A stretch of DNA of 63,783 nucleotides, counting the filler, from Intoshia linei (lineage: Eukaryota; Animalia; Orthonectida): the NCBI GenBank assembly GCA_001642005.1. It is 9 parts of 9 records of this genome, joined end to end, with 100 filler letters (N's around TTAATTAATTAA, not from the genome) between each part and the next. Parts side by side here need not be neighbours in the genome. Positions count along the whole stretch, not along the records: positions 5,030 to 30,450 come from LWCA01000503.1; 8 more parts are not named here. One strand, written 5' to 3'. The position numbers and the translations under genes are program-made. This document shows positions 11,219 to 25,300 of this stretch, in pieces (the first letter of the stretch is position 1; every line of letters starts with the position of its first letter). Below the pieces are notes generated by a model. The model searched no databases. It saw nothing but the letters and a program-made list of their open reading frames with translations, and had not been told where the DNA came from.

Positions 11219-14200
11219 TTAACAACAAGGACAAATTTTTTTGATAGCAATGTCGAAACTATACAGTTCAAAAATCGTTAATAAAAATTGATAATCATAA
11301 TAGGGATCCAAGTGTAATTTATCAGAAATTTCAGACTTGGTTAAAATGTGTTCACCAGAATTAGAATTAGCCCATTCTTGCCATGTTTGTAAATGAGTAA
11401 ACAAATGTTTGTTTAGTGTAGTGAAATAGCTAAAATTTGATGTAATTAAAAGTTAAATATTAATATTAAATGTAAACGTAAAAAATTACGTAAATAATAT
11501 ATTGTTTATAGGTACATTTTGATTTTTTATGTCTTTTCTAAATATACATGAAAACAAAAAACTTTAAAATTTAACATTTCCATTTTCAATTTATTTAATT
11601 TTTCAACATCCCTATAATTTTTTTTATTGGAGCAAATGTGTTTTAAATGAGGTAGTGTCGTTTTGCATTCACCATTAGTTAAAATCAAAACATCGTAAGC
11701 TTTGTGCTTTGTACACAGCAATCGATCTGTAGTACCTATAATTGTACAAGTTGTTGAATCGCCGTATTTTATAAAATGATTTTTTAATGGTTACTAGCTA
11801 AATAGGCAAAACTTTTCTTTAATTCATTTATGCAGGTAACATCGACAAAAAAATTAACATTTTGTTGTCTAGAATTGGAAATTCTTTCACTTGGGACACC
11901 ATTCATCATTAAAAACGTTGCAAATACTAAAAGAATAATACATAATTACTATAATTAATCAAGTTTTCATATTATAATATATTATATAATATTTTTTGTG
12001 TATTATTTATTTTTCATTTTATTTGCATCTTTTTATTTAAGGCTCTCAACATAGCTATTAAAGTTTTAAAAAAACATAGCACTTTTGTTGCAAAGGTTTT
12101 CAAAGGGAATGAAATCAACTTTTTGTATAGCCAGCCTAAAGATACTTTTTGTTAACGTATCTATTCTTAAACCAAGAAGTAGTAGAATTTCAAGTTTGGA
12201 AGCTGTTGTTGTGTGTCAAGATTATAATCCTTCCGATGATTTTACAGGATTGAACAGAACAACTTAAAAGGATTGTGAGATGTCAAACAAAGAATTGGCT
12301 GACAGTATTCCTTATATATTATAATATATTATAATATGAAAACTTGATTAATGCGTTAAAAGTTTTTAAATACTACTTGTTTCATTAATTTCTATACATG
12401 GCGCAATTCATTCAAATTGCAGTTTAAAGTCCCATTGAGTTACTGTCTGAACATTTACTGACATTGAGTAACTAATGATTATTAGCGCACTTTATCATAT
12501 TTTCATACCCAGGTAATATTATTATTTTTATCTCAATCATTCCAATTCAAAGTCGTAAAAACATCAAGGTATTATTAATAATAATGTATTATTATTTTAT
12601 ACATATATCATTGAAACTAATTAAAATTAACAAACATCCCGTTTATTGGTTTTTTTTAGTGATAAATTTGAATTTTTTAATATGTTAACATCGCTGTAAT
12701 TCCCATATACGTTTAATTTAAATTATATTATAACAGATCAACGTTTATAGAATAGGGTTCCGCCAAAATAAACTATTTATAATAAAATAAACATCAAAAT
12801 ATGATTTTTATAGTTTTTATTTTTTCAATTTCTTAACATCAAAAATTAGAATAGCGATTTGCATGAATTTTAATATTTTGATTAAATAATTTGTGGTGCA
12901 ATAATGCTCGCCGTCGTGGATTTCACTTTGACTATGTCTGCGATATAAACCTCTTAAATTAAGACTAAAATACATAAATAATAATAATGTAAATTTGTAT
13001 ATTACTATTTGTATAATTTGATAATTACCATTTTTATTCAAGTTGCACAGTGGTGGATCATCATAAAATAATAATCTATTACAGGTTATGGCTAATTTCC
13101 ATATGGTGAATATTTTTGTATCCAAATTCAACAAACATTCAAAATCGTTACTAGTATCCATTCCCTTAAAACGACATTATTTGGTTCAAAATTAATAAAT
13201 TAAAAATTTTTACATGATAAATGGAAAGATGCTCTGTTAAACTAATTTCCAAATTAATATTGGTTGTAATTATACAACGGTTTTTTATATAATATTCTTC
13301 CAATTTTGAATATCTACTTATTACGATTTTATAAAAATAAAAGAATATTATTTTAAAAATTACTTGTCGTTATTAAATTGTATAAGATTAGTCTTTTTTT
13401 CACACATTTCTCTATAATCATAATTTTAAATAGTAAAATAGTCCACCCTTTACAATTAGAACTCATTACGAACATGCCATTCCGCCTTGTGTGTATTTAA
13501 AAAATATATTAATACTTAATTTAAGTTAATCCTTACCGTACCACTAGACTCCTCTTTGGGTGGAGTAGATGGGAAATTTTTGTAAAATGATACATATAAT
13601 AATAATGTAGATATAAATTTAATATTTTGTCACAATTTTTGAAGAATTAATAATAGCAAATAACTTGTTCACTGTTCTCATTATAAAGTTTATAATAATT
13701 TTTGAAATTAGAATTACAAGCTTTTTTTGACCAAAAATTGAACATGTTTTCTTAACCAGATAAATGTAGACGATAAAATACCGACTGAAATCATTTCACA
13801 CCCTCTATGGTTTAATTTGCTCTCTAATCTTTGAAAACACGACAAACCGTAAAAATTTTTGTATTTGAAATATCTAAAAATATTATTAAAATATTCTGAA
13901 ATACATAATATATATATAATTATTATAATGGCAACATAAGTATATTAATATATTGTATAATAATATAAAATTTATTACAAGGTACTAATTTTATATCAGA
14001 TTTAAACACGCGATGCGATATTTAATTAAAAATTTTTTTTGTGTTTAAGAATAATAAGAAGCTATTCACATGTAAATAATAAGCATTATTATAGCAAGAT
14101 GTCCCCTGGTGTAATAAAAATATATTACTGCGGACAGCGTAAAATTTTTAATTCGACATGTGGGCCTCATACTAAATGAGTGATACCCCTGCATAAGAAT

Positions 14201-15832
14201 CAGGACCCTGGTATAGACATTGTTAAACTATTAATCCATATACTCCCAGTGTGACCATATGGTCACACAACATTACATTTATAAAAACACGTATTAAATT
14301 GAAACAAAGTTAATTAAATATGAAAAATTAAATTAATTAGTATATTATATAACATTCGAGTATATTAATTATGAGTTTTCACCGATTAGCCTCCTGTGTT
14401 ACTGACAGTGGGCCAAAATGATTTTTCAAAGCAAAAAAAAAATTTACTGAAAAAATTTTTTATATTTTTTTTGTTTAAGTTGTGATAACTGAATTTAATG
14501 AATATCATATGATGAATTCATGTATTGGCTACAATTTGATGAAATAATTAGGTATATTGACATGCGGTTTTATATATACACGCTTTTATTTGCCTTATTC
14601 TCCCAATGTGAACATATGGAATGTGAAATAACTCCATAACTACAATTGGTAATTACCTAAATTATATATGGTGAGAAATAGGCAAGTATGTATTAACTTT
14701 CCAAATTTTTGGAAAAATCGAAGCCAAAAAATTGGAAAAATTTGTCTGGGAGTATATGAGTTAATACAATAAATCCTGGTAAATTATTTTGATACAATGT
14801 CAATACAAAATATAACAAACGTAAATACAAAAAATATCAATACACAGAATCCATATGAACTTTGTGACATCCAGTATACAAAGAAAATTTTTCAACGCCT
14901 GAAAAATCTAATTCATTAGGGTAAGACCATTCCAACATACTTCCTAAAATAAAAGATTAAATAGAAAATAACTATCATGTCCTTTAGCGAAATTTTATAA
15001 AAAGTATAAACCCCAAAAACGCATCACTTTATAAACCTATATAAAAACTAAATTATATAATATAATGATATATACGGATGTATTAGAGGTGAACAGGGTT
15101 TGAAACATAATGTCCCATTTGGAAAAAAATATTGACAGAATCTAGTAAAAAATTGTCCTATAAATTAAAATACTGAATGTATTCAGTGAAACTATTCACA
15201 TGTCACTTTTAAATTATAAAAACTACGATTTGTACTCAGAACTATTCAACATTTAAAAAAATCTTGGATAATTTTTAGTTATCAATAATTTACAGCCATT
15301 CAAAATAATAACCTTTTCTATTATCAAACATAACAACAAATATTCCTAAAATTGTTCCATTCTGAGTTTTTTCAGACACATTATCTAAATTTTAAAATAG
15401 TTAATTTTACTGCATGTACTTCATTTATTTAGTGTAACGGACCTGGGAAATTTTGTATTGTAACGCGGATCCAAACAAAAAGTATTTGAGGGTGAAAATT
15501 TTCCCATATGCGGTATAGTACCCATGAAGAAGTTACTTTTATTATTTTATTTTTTTAAATTAGTTTTATTACTATAATATGGCGAAACATTCGTTTTATT
15601 TGTACATACCCATACATTAATAGTTTATATGTAATATAAAAGGTTTCAAATTTATTGTAGTATATTTCACAATGTGGTCGTTGTATCTCAAGTTGAGATT
15701 TTAAACCTACATAACATGACATGTATTATACACTTTAAAGTCACACATTATATCTTTAGGCTTACCGTCAAATAGATGTGAATCCGAATCAGAATCAATT
15801 TTTTGGGGGTGTATTCGATTTCTATCAGACAT
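11219..15832 (-). CDS. DENND11: DENN domain protein 11 (LCHN), multi-exon, 5' exons uncertain
   Basis: Exons translate GIFVVMFDNRKG/SMLEWSYPNELDFSGVE..GCHKVHMDSV/YFKYKNFYGLSCF..RGCEMISVGILS/IFTIWKLAITCNRLLFYDDPP/FFVDVTCINEL..AYLA.TTDRL..YDVLI/LDPYYDYQFLL..ICPCC*. These are collinear with DENND11 motifs as I recall them. Confidence 0.8.
11954..12352. mobile_element. 399-bp unit with perfect 33-bp terminal inverted repeats carrying a host exon
   Basis: ATTAATCAAGTTTTCATATTATAATATATTATA at 11954-11986 and its exact reverse complement at 12320-12352. Confidence 0.65.
12042..12315 (+). pseudogene. FTSJ1: Isolated FTSJ1/TRM7 tRNA 2'-O-methyltransferase exon fragment
   Basis: Reads ALNIAIKVLKKHSTFVAKVFKGNEINFLYSQ/LKILFVNVSILKPRSSRISSLEAVVVCQDYNP, with one frameshift and a stop. 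Preceded by a T-rich tract and AG acceptor. Confidence 0.85.
14235..14760. mobile_element. piggyBac-type MITE in DENND11 intron
   Basis: TTAA at 14231-14234 and 14761-14764, TIR core CATATACTCCCAG, and internal palindrome GTGTGACCATATGGTCACAC. Confidence 0.8.
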
Positions 15833-16044
15833 CTATAGATATAGTTTATATAAATTTATTTAAAAATTTTAAATATGAAAACTTTATTTTATGTAGTATT
15901 GTAAACAAAATTTAATTTTTCCATATTTTTAACTTAAAATTTACTATAAGTAGTAGTTTGCTGCAATGTGAGAATTCGTTTGAACCACAGAAAATTTTTT
16001 TTAAAATAAAATTAGTCCTAGAATTTTAATAAACATAAAATCTG

Positions 16045-17297
16045 GATGCGTCTTAAAATTGTATACGACATAAAAAATATAAAATTAAATTATAAATAAA
16101 TAATAAATATTATGGGTCAGAAAGACAAATTGTCCTTTTTTTTGAATATAAAACAAGTTCGAGAATTTAAAAAATTATATAGTTTAATACGGATTTTAAA
16201 ATCATAAATATTATCATAAATTTAAATTTAAAAAAAATATATCTTGAAGGTCGAAATCCCAAATTAACCTTTTTTTTTAATGAAAACAGCCCTAAAATTT
16301 AAATAACTTTACAAGTTGTACAGTTGTATCCTGTTAACACACATAAAAAATTTCAATTTGATTAAGTGATGACTTTACGGTCAAAAAAGCATTTTAATAT
16401 TCATAAATGTTTTTCCGAAATATTTTATTAAAACAAAAAATGTGAAATAATGAACTGTCCGAAAATTAAAAACCGGATTATTCTAATAGAACTTATTCCA
16501 GTTGATATAAATACAAAATGTCAACCCCAGAAATCTACGCATTCTTGGTGAACAATAATTTTTAATATAGTATCACCAATATTTTTTAAATATTGCGATT
16601 AAAATAAAAATTAAAAATGTAAATATTGATCCTACAATTTCAAAAAAAAGTGCAATTTGTAGTCTACGCATTTCCAATAAAGAAATATGGGTGAAAATCT
16701 ATACAATTCATTTCTTCGCAATTTTTTTCATTGCTTACGCAATTTTTCATTCTTATTTTCAAAACATTTTGTTTAAAATTTAAATTACACCACGAATTAC
16801 TAAAAGTAATACAACTTTGTTATTATCATTTTTAAATATTACAATCCTTTGCAATATTGGTAAAATTCACCTGAAATATGTTTATAAAGTGAAGATTCCG
16901 TTAATTATTGATACATAATTGTTTTTTTTAAGTATTCATTAAATTGGTACTGAATATATATCCTCACATTGAAAATTACATAATAGGTTTTCAAAATTTT
17001 ATTTTTTCTGGAATTTATGCTATTTATGACAATTTTTAAGATTGAACTGTTTTTACATAATTTTTAATATTATACACACATTATGTCTAATAAATTAATA
17101 TGGATAAATCACTTTAAAGTAAAAAGTAATGTGATATGATGGTTCCACCTGAAACAAGTTTGGGGATCATTGATAATAGTGAATAGTAGGATTTTTAAAG
17201 TTAGATTTTCAACGTGAATATATTTTATTGTAGAATAAAAATGTGCCCTCAGCAGATCTAGGTGCTGTTTGTACGTAGTACATAACAGTCAACCTAG
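16045..17297 (+). mobile_element. Non-autonomous Helitron copy with intact 3' end
   Basis: Ends CTGTTTGTACGTAGTACATAACAG (hairpin) TCAACCTAG|T. Confidence 0.85.
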
Positions 17298-17477
17298 TTA
17301 TATATATTATCACAGTATTAAAAAAACTGAAAGTTTATATTTAAAAAAAATTGATCTACTTGTACTTGCAAAAGTGAATAAAGTTATATATGTATTATTT
17401 GAAATGCCCATAATACAAATATTGATACAATTTATTTACATTTATATTTCCTATTACAACTGAAAAACTACTTAAAA

Positions 17478-18900
17478 ATGATAAATTATCTTTCCAGTTT
17501 GTTGGTGATTGCATTGTGCGTAAACCTGGCATATTGTGAGAATGACACAATCATCAAGTAATTTTAAATATTTCATTTAAAATAATATGTATATATTTTA
17601 GTGGTAGTAATATTTTAAAATTTAATTTACAGACAATCCGAATTAATCATAGAACGTACATATTAATCGCGTTTATCTGTATATGTATGGATCACAAATC
17701 CTGATTCACAATGCATTGGTTTCGTCATGAAATATCCACACAACTAAAACAATAAATGTGTATACTGGTGCCATTATTTCGAGGTGTCAATCCACCTGTT
17801 TTTATATTTATAAACTAAATATATCAAGGTACCACTGGTAGCTGATTTCCAATAATAAACTATCGGTGAAAATACCAAACTTATTAAGTTAACTAACTTA
17901 TAAAGTAATTAACTTAATATAAATATAACTTAACATTGCATTGCCAACAAGTAAATATTACATCAGTATATCTTCAAATATAACATTGAGATTCAATGAT
18001 TGCATTGATCAATGTACATTGCATTCTCCATATAAATCAAAAATATATACAATGCATAAGGGTTTCTCACATTTAATAATATAATCGACATTCAAAATTC
18101 GTAAATTCCATCAAGCTAATAATTTTTTTATGACAAAGTGAAATATTTTTCAATTTGAGAACTATAATATACTTCATATCTTTTTTGTAAATATTTCTAA
18201 ATTCACTTTACCCTAATATATTTTTAAACGTAGTTTAAAATATTTTTTTTAGATAAAAAAATTAATAAAGACATGATTGAAATGAAAAAATTTATAAATA
18301 TTACTAATAAAGAATTAGCGGATGTTTTGAAAACCCAGGGCGAAGTACCTATACACGAAGAAAAAATAGTTAAAACCATAACAGTTCCACTAAGAAATGA
18401 ATCTACAAAGAAAAGCAATGTTACAGTAACGGTTAATAACGGTGCCCCAAAAAATATTTTCTTGAAAAAATATCAAATCAGAAAACAAAACAACACAATC
18501 AGTAACGATTTAAACAAAATAGTCACTTTGATGAATAACATGAGATTTAATACAACTAAAAAACCATTTTTAATGATTGAATTTGAAATTTCTGAACCAA
18601 AAACTGGTGTTAATTTGCAGAAACAATATTATAATTTGGTTAAAAAAAATCGATTTTTGCGACAATATTTCAATAAACAAAGAAATGTTAACTCTCATTA
18701 CACATTCAAACGATGGAGTGTAATTAATTTACGTTAATTTATTAATTATTCATTTAGCGATTAATAAACGAACAAAGATATGCCAGATATGCCAAAGCTA
18801 CCATTTTCTTCTTTATAATTGTCATCATTATGGTTGTATTGGTATCTATTTGCCGACCCAAAAAAAAGGTAATTTTTAAATAAATTTTATTAGTTAAAAT
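17478..18900 (+). other. Uncharacterised gene-like region: signal-peptide-like first exon and Lys/Asn-rich ORF 18273-18737
   Basis: MINYLSSLLVIALCVNLAYCEND followed by a GT-AG intron. Downstream frames contain stops, and no family was recognised. Confidence 0.3.
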
Positions 18901-19303
18901 TTTAGAAAAATTCTAATGTTGTCAATCATGGAGTAATTTTAAATATAAATATTTGAAAATCAATGTACAACAGGGATGAAAAACTTTTTATAGTTGTAAA
19001 CCATAAATTGAGTTAAATAGTTTCCTTTGCATCACTGTCCAAAAATAGATTTCGAAGCACATACAATGTTATCTCATACTTAAATATATTAGATAAATTA
19101 TCTCAAAAGTATATTTAAATCAGTTTAAACTTTAAATATAGATTAGAAAACATTTTAAAATTTTGATTAGACTTTGGTCATCTCTGGTATATTTTAATGA
19201 TTGAATTTTAGATTGAAAAATTTTACGAGATAAACGACAAAAAGAGTGGATCCATGTATTTGGTTCATTAAAATTTTAATAAAGAAATTTCAAAGTTTAA
19301 CAA

Positions 19304-22300
19304 CTACAATTCATTCTTGAAATCTAATATAGTATAATAAAAAAAATGTACATGATAGATAACTAAATAAATCATTACATTAAAAAGTATTAATAAAAAT
19401 AAAATACAACCTAAATCATTATCCTTTAAAGTATTTGATTTGGGTTTATTTAAAGATTCAGTGTCGCCTTTCAAAATTTTCAAGATTTCCTTGTCGTAAT
19501 CATCCCATTCGAGTACTATTCTTCTAGCAGCAGTAATCTTATTTTCCTTGGTTTTGGGGTTGTTACACTAATTAACACATATACATATATTTTAAAGAAT
19601 TTGTCAAATTAAAATTTACTAAATCTATCGCTTTCGCATTCTGTTTTGATGTGTCGTCACACCATGTTTCACACCATAACCATTCAGGTGGTAAAGACAT
19701 TAATTTTATTGAATGTATCATATTATTCGGTAAATCCTAAAAAATTTGATATTACATTAACCCATTCAATTCAAAGGTTTATTATCAATGAGACCTATAC
19801 AGTTAAAATTCTTTACGCAAATGTTAACAAACATAAAATAAGATGGAATAATTCACTTTAAAGTAAAAAGTAATGATATGATGGTTCCACCTGACACAAA
19901 TTTGGGAACCACTCATTTAAAGAATTGATAATAGTAAATAGTAGAATGTTTAAGTTAGATTTTCAACATGAATTTATTTTTTAAGTATAATAAAAATGTC
20001 ACTCGGCAGAGCTAGCTACTGTTTGTGCGCAGTACAAAACGACAAGCAATTATAATTGAGTACATAATATTGCTGTAGGTACATCATTTATGTATCAGTT
20101 TGAAATATTCACAGGCGTCGTAATATTAATTTTTATAGATTCTTATTTACGCTCAAAGCGGCATACTTGTATGGTTATTAACTGGTTTGATTGGGGTTAC
20201 CTGTATAATTAATATTGACTATGAATTGTAAATTAAATGAAATTGTATACTTGATCTAAATTAGACAAACTGTTTTCATCCTGACTAAGTAGTTGATATT
20301 GGGCTCTAAGTCTATCACCTGCAGCATTTTTTCTAAATCTGTCCAAATCGATGACATAGAGTGCACTAAAATAAAAAAATGAAAATTGCAAAAAGATAAA
20401 ACACCTTATATGATATTTTCTATTTCGTAAATGACTTGACCAATAACCAGATTTCCAAAATCTAAATTTGAAATATGAAATTGATAAAAATTCATCGTAC
20501 TTTCATTATTAATTGATTAATTTACTTGTTATAGAAACATGAATGAAATACAAATATACAGGATAAAGAACAAGATTTATGAAATATACATAAAAAAACA
20601 AATAGACAGGAGTAGTGTAGTGTCAAGGTGAAACAAACCCTAACAAATTAAACAATTTTAATAGACTAAAATTATAGTGACAGATTAAAATTGGCTTGTA
20701 TTTATAGCGTCAGTATTTTAAATAGTTTGTCAGTAAAAATATTAAATTATCAGTTGATATAATAAATTGTCAGTATTTTAGGCTTTTTTAGGATAGTATT
20801 TTTTTACTGATACAAATATTATTTTATAAAATGTGTTTATTTCTATATACAATAATATACTGACAAGAAAACAATTAAAAACAGACCAATATGTAATTGA
20901 CTACTGACAAAATACATTTTATTACTGACATTTTAATATTTATACTGACAATTTTTATTAAAATGCTGACAAATAAAATAGTTCTCAGTAAAAATTGGGT
21001 CAATATTATTGTTGTCTCAGACTGATGTTATTTAGAGAGTATTACCCATATTAAAAAAAGTGTGTACAGTAGAAAGTTTAAACATTTTTAATAAACAGCA
21101 GTGCTTCTCAACCGGTGCGCCCACGAAAACCTAATATCTAATAGCTAAACAGTAATATCTCGCTTAACAAACAAATTAAAAAACACAAAAAAATAGAAAA
21201 ATGGGCGAAAATTACAAGCTTTTTTACATTGTGTCAATATTAATTAAACTCCCGCTTAACGAACAAGATCTCGGAACGAATTGGTTCGTTATAGTGAGGT
21301 ATTACTGTATACAATTTCAAAGAAAGTAATTTAAATCGGATTTTTTTACCGAAACAACTTAGTTTGTTAAATTTGCAGTTTTTATTTGCAAAATCTTAAA
21401 CTAAATAAAATTTATTTAATTTATATATTTTCCAAGTGCGCCCTAATGAAAAAAAGGTTTAGAAAGAAGAAACAGGAAACGTTTATGAATATTTACAATT
21501 TAAAATCCAAGTAATTTTACTGTTTTGTAGGAGTCACCACTAAACTTCATCTGTACGAGCACATATAAGACATTGCAATAGTTCAAAGTTCTATACAAAA
21601 TGTACGATTGCGTGTAGTCTAAAAATTATTTTTGATTTATAATATAAACACTTAAGTCTTAAGAGAAAGGGATTGACGTTTTTTAAAAATTAGCTCAGCT
21701 GAAATACAACACAAACAGACAAAAATACGTTAATAACAAACGTTAAATACGCGGTAAAATTTTAGTTGATATTTCAAACAATATAATACCTATAATTATC
21801 CATATTATTCCGACTATCACAAAAAGGAGTATAAGCATAAACTGCTCCACCTAGATCCATATCATGTAATTCCTTAATATCTCCACGTAAAATCTAAAAA
21901 TTGAATTAACATGTAAATATAATTGAATATACACAAATGTGACACGACGTAAAGCAGAATTTAAAAACTAGGTGTTAGAAAATATAAAACAACTGTAAGA
22001 AATCAAGACATAGGAAACTGATATTAAATATGGAGAATATACAGCAGTCGTTTTGAAGGTGGGCCATATGAAAAATTTGAGTGAATTTGGGTAAAACAAA
22101 AGAAACTAAAAGTGTCTCAACAGGGGAAATTCTTTCTATGGAAAAATTTTACATTTTTAAAGGAATACTAAAATTTGTAATTATTTATTTATAAGAATGA
22201 TATTGATATTATAAAAATTATATTGTAGTATAAAAATTTACCAGATCTGCATCAAGGAAAATGATTCTGTGAACATCAAGAGGGAACAGTACATCCAAAA

Positions 22301-25300
22301 ATAAAATTTTGTATCTAAATGAAAGTAAATTTAAATAATAAATCAATGTATACAGAATCACATCGATTACCAGACATTCTCAACGTTGATCATGTGAACC
22401 AATGGGTTTATAGAAAAATTTAGATTATATAATGTTATTTTTTCCCATCGTTGTAAGTATTAATGCAGGTTAACTTGAAAAATTATTACTATCAAGGTGC
22501 TGTCAAGCGGTGTTATTCTCATGACCGTCATTATGGATCCCTGAAAAATTGAAATTTTAATACTTTTTTTTTATTAAAAATTATAATTTTTTGGGTCACT
22601 TTCAAGTAATACATTGTAAAATAAAAAAATAAATGATGATTTAGATTTAATTAGAGCTGAACATTGCAGCATTTCTCATCAAAGTTTTTAGAATAATAGT
22701 CAAAAAGTTTAGCAAGTGCGTCACGTCCAATTTCAACATTAAATATTTTTACCCCCACCCCTAATGTACTTGATACAGCCTCAGGTATATAAAAATTTTG
22801 TAATTTTATTATTATACCACATATACTAATATTATATTGTACAGTCAATTTCCCTTTTTTTGAAATTGTAGGATGAATATTTACATTTTTAATTTTAATC
22901 CAAACAAAAAATATTGGTTAATAATATATTAAAAATTATTTTTCACCGGGAATGCGAAGATTTTTGGGGTTGAAACTTTGTATTCAAATCAAGTGGACTA
23001 AGCGTTATTAGAATAATCTTCTTTTTTAATTATAGGACCGTTAATTCTTTCAATTGAGATTTACGACTATATTAATAAATTTCCAATGCGTCCTAGAATG
23101 TATGTTTTTTTACATTTAGGGTTGATTTTATTTTTAAAAAAAGGAAAATTCAGTTTTGTATTATAAAGGACTAAATTCCGGAAAATGAAACTAAGATACA
23201 TGGATCACCTGCGCAAAAATGTATTTGAGATTGGGTTTTTAAATTCTACGACTCTTAATTTTTTAAATAAACAGTAACGTTAAAACGATTTGAAATTTTT
23301 TGATTTGAGAATCCTTAACTCTAATTAATTTTAGTACAATTGTATAACAAATTTCACATTTTTGATAATAAACTGTATATTATAATGAAATAAATGTTTA
23401 ATTAAGTTCAATTGCATATCACACAACTTTTTTGATGAAAATTGGATCGCAAAATTGTATCAACAATAAACAATACAAAACATTTAAAAATGAAAAATTA
23501 CCCCCACATAATTCTTTGTCTTTCCGATTGAGATTTAAGCCATGAAGGCCATTTGTATTGTACAAACTCGTACTGAAAATCATGATACTTTTGCAAAGTT
23601 TGAATATGTTCCAAAAAATCAGCTGAAAGATAATTTCGCAAAAACCAAAACTTGACTTTAGACTCTGTATGTTTCAAAACACTTAAAATCATAATCCTCA
23701 TTAGCCTCTCATAAAGTTGACCTGAAGCAAGAGAAAAAACATTAATCTGTTGATCATACTGACGTTTATGAGTATTATAGCCAAAATTCCATAAACTGAA
23801 ATTGAAGCCTCCTTCAGGTTCCTCTCCATCTTCAAAAACAAGAGACAAGTGTTTTTTGTTATTTTTCTTGATAACATTGACATTTAAATACGGACACGAA
23901 AATGAAGAAATTGAAACTTTAATTTTATTTAAAGACACACGCTTTCCATTAACTTTGTCAATATCATAAATATCTTTGGATCTCCCTTGTCTCAATTGAA
24001 TGATCCAATTCCCGGGAGTGGCCTTAAATTGAAAATAACCCAAATTGGCCATTACAATAGTGTCCATTTTTTTAGATTCATCTTCTAAATTCATGGTATA
24101 CTGTAAACCACGCGGAGGTTCATCTGTACTGACATCCATGCAACTACCTTCAACAATTAGATAATCCAAACGATAAATAACGTTAATTCCAAAATGTAAA
24201 GTTTTAGACAAAAGAATATTATCTAAATCCATTGACGTCTTAGTGGACTCAACAACCCAATTATTTGGTGCATCAATGGTCATTGTAAATAAATTATTTT
24301 GAGGTAAATGAGAAAAATGAACATAGCAAGGTTTTCTTTTAAAAGAATTTAATTTAAAATCAATGGACGGGAGAGCATATCGATAAAACGAATTTATGGG
24401 AATTGAAGATATGTGAATATCGGAATTGAAAAAAATGGTTACATCGAAATTAAAAATAGTCATAAAGAACCTCATGACTGGAATTATTTTTTGACCAGTT
24501 ATAGATAACGGATTAACAATAATATCCAATTTTAAATGAGATTTATTGGGGTCTAGACATTTTTTTCTGAAAATATGATTGAAATTTTTAAAATTAATAA
24601 TTTTTCGATCCAAAGAATAAATTAAATCATCATTCTTGACATTAACACGAAGTAAAGATGTTGAAAGTTTCATAATATACTCTGGTCGTTGAGCATTACT
24701 AATCATTTCTTCAATGAGAATTTTGTTAATTTTTTCAGCCATAGGTTCAACCAAGTTTTTCACAAATTGAAAATCGTCATATTCAAATTGAAATGATGCA
24801 TCAATTGGTCCAACAATTATTCCGTTAAAAATTATGTAATTTTTAGATTTATCAAAATTTAAATTTTTAATAAATGCGTCATGGTTCATTTTTAATTTTG
24901 AGTATTTAAACTTTTTTAAATGTTCATATTCTTTATAAAATAATGATTCATCCATTCCATGAACAAAAAACGAGTCAAATTTTTCATTTTCAATGAATTT
25001 TTTTTCATCGTCATTTTTAATTGCTTCAATCCTTTCAATTTCCAAAACGACTCTTTTTAGAAATATTTTAGTTGCAGAGTCAGAGAAATTTGACAAAACA
25101 ACTTGTAAAGCAATTTCGAAATTTTTATAACGTTTGGATTGTAAAATAATCACAGAGGCACATTTTTGAGACTTTTTTAAAAATTTTAAAAATTCAAAGA
25201 CCAATTGACGTCCGATAGGACAATCCAAATTAATAAACAACTGCATCGTTACTAAATGACAATCATCATCTTTTTTAATATATTTTGTAGGTAGTTTATC

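Noticed and set aside
17478-19000. Possible alternative genetic code, because exon-like segments contain in-frame TAA
   Set aside because: Conserved genes here end at TAA/TAG and have no internal stops, so decay or an unresolved gene model is the simpler explanation.
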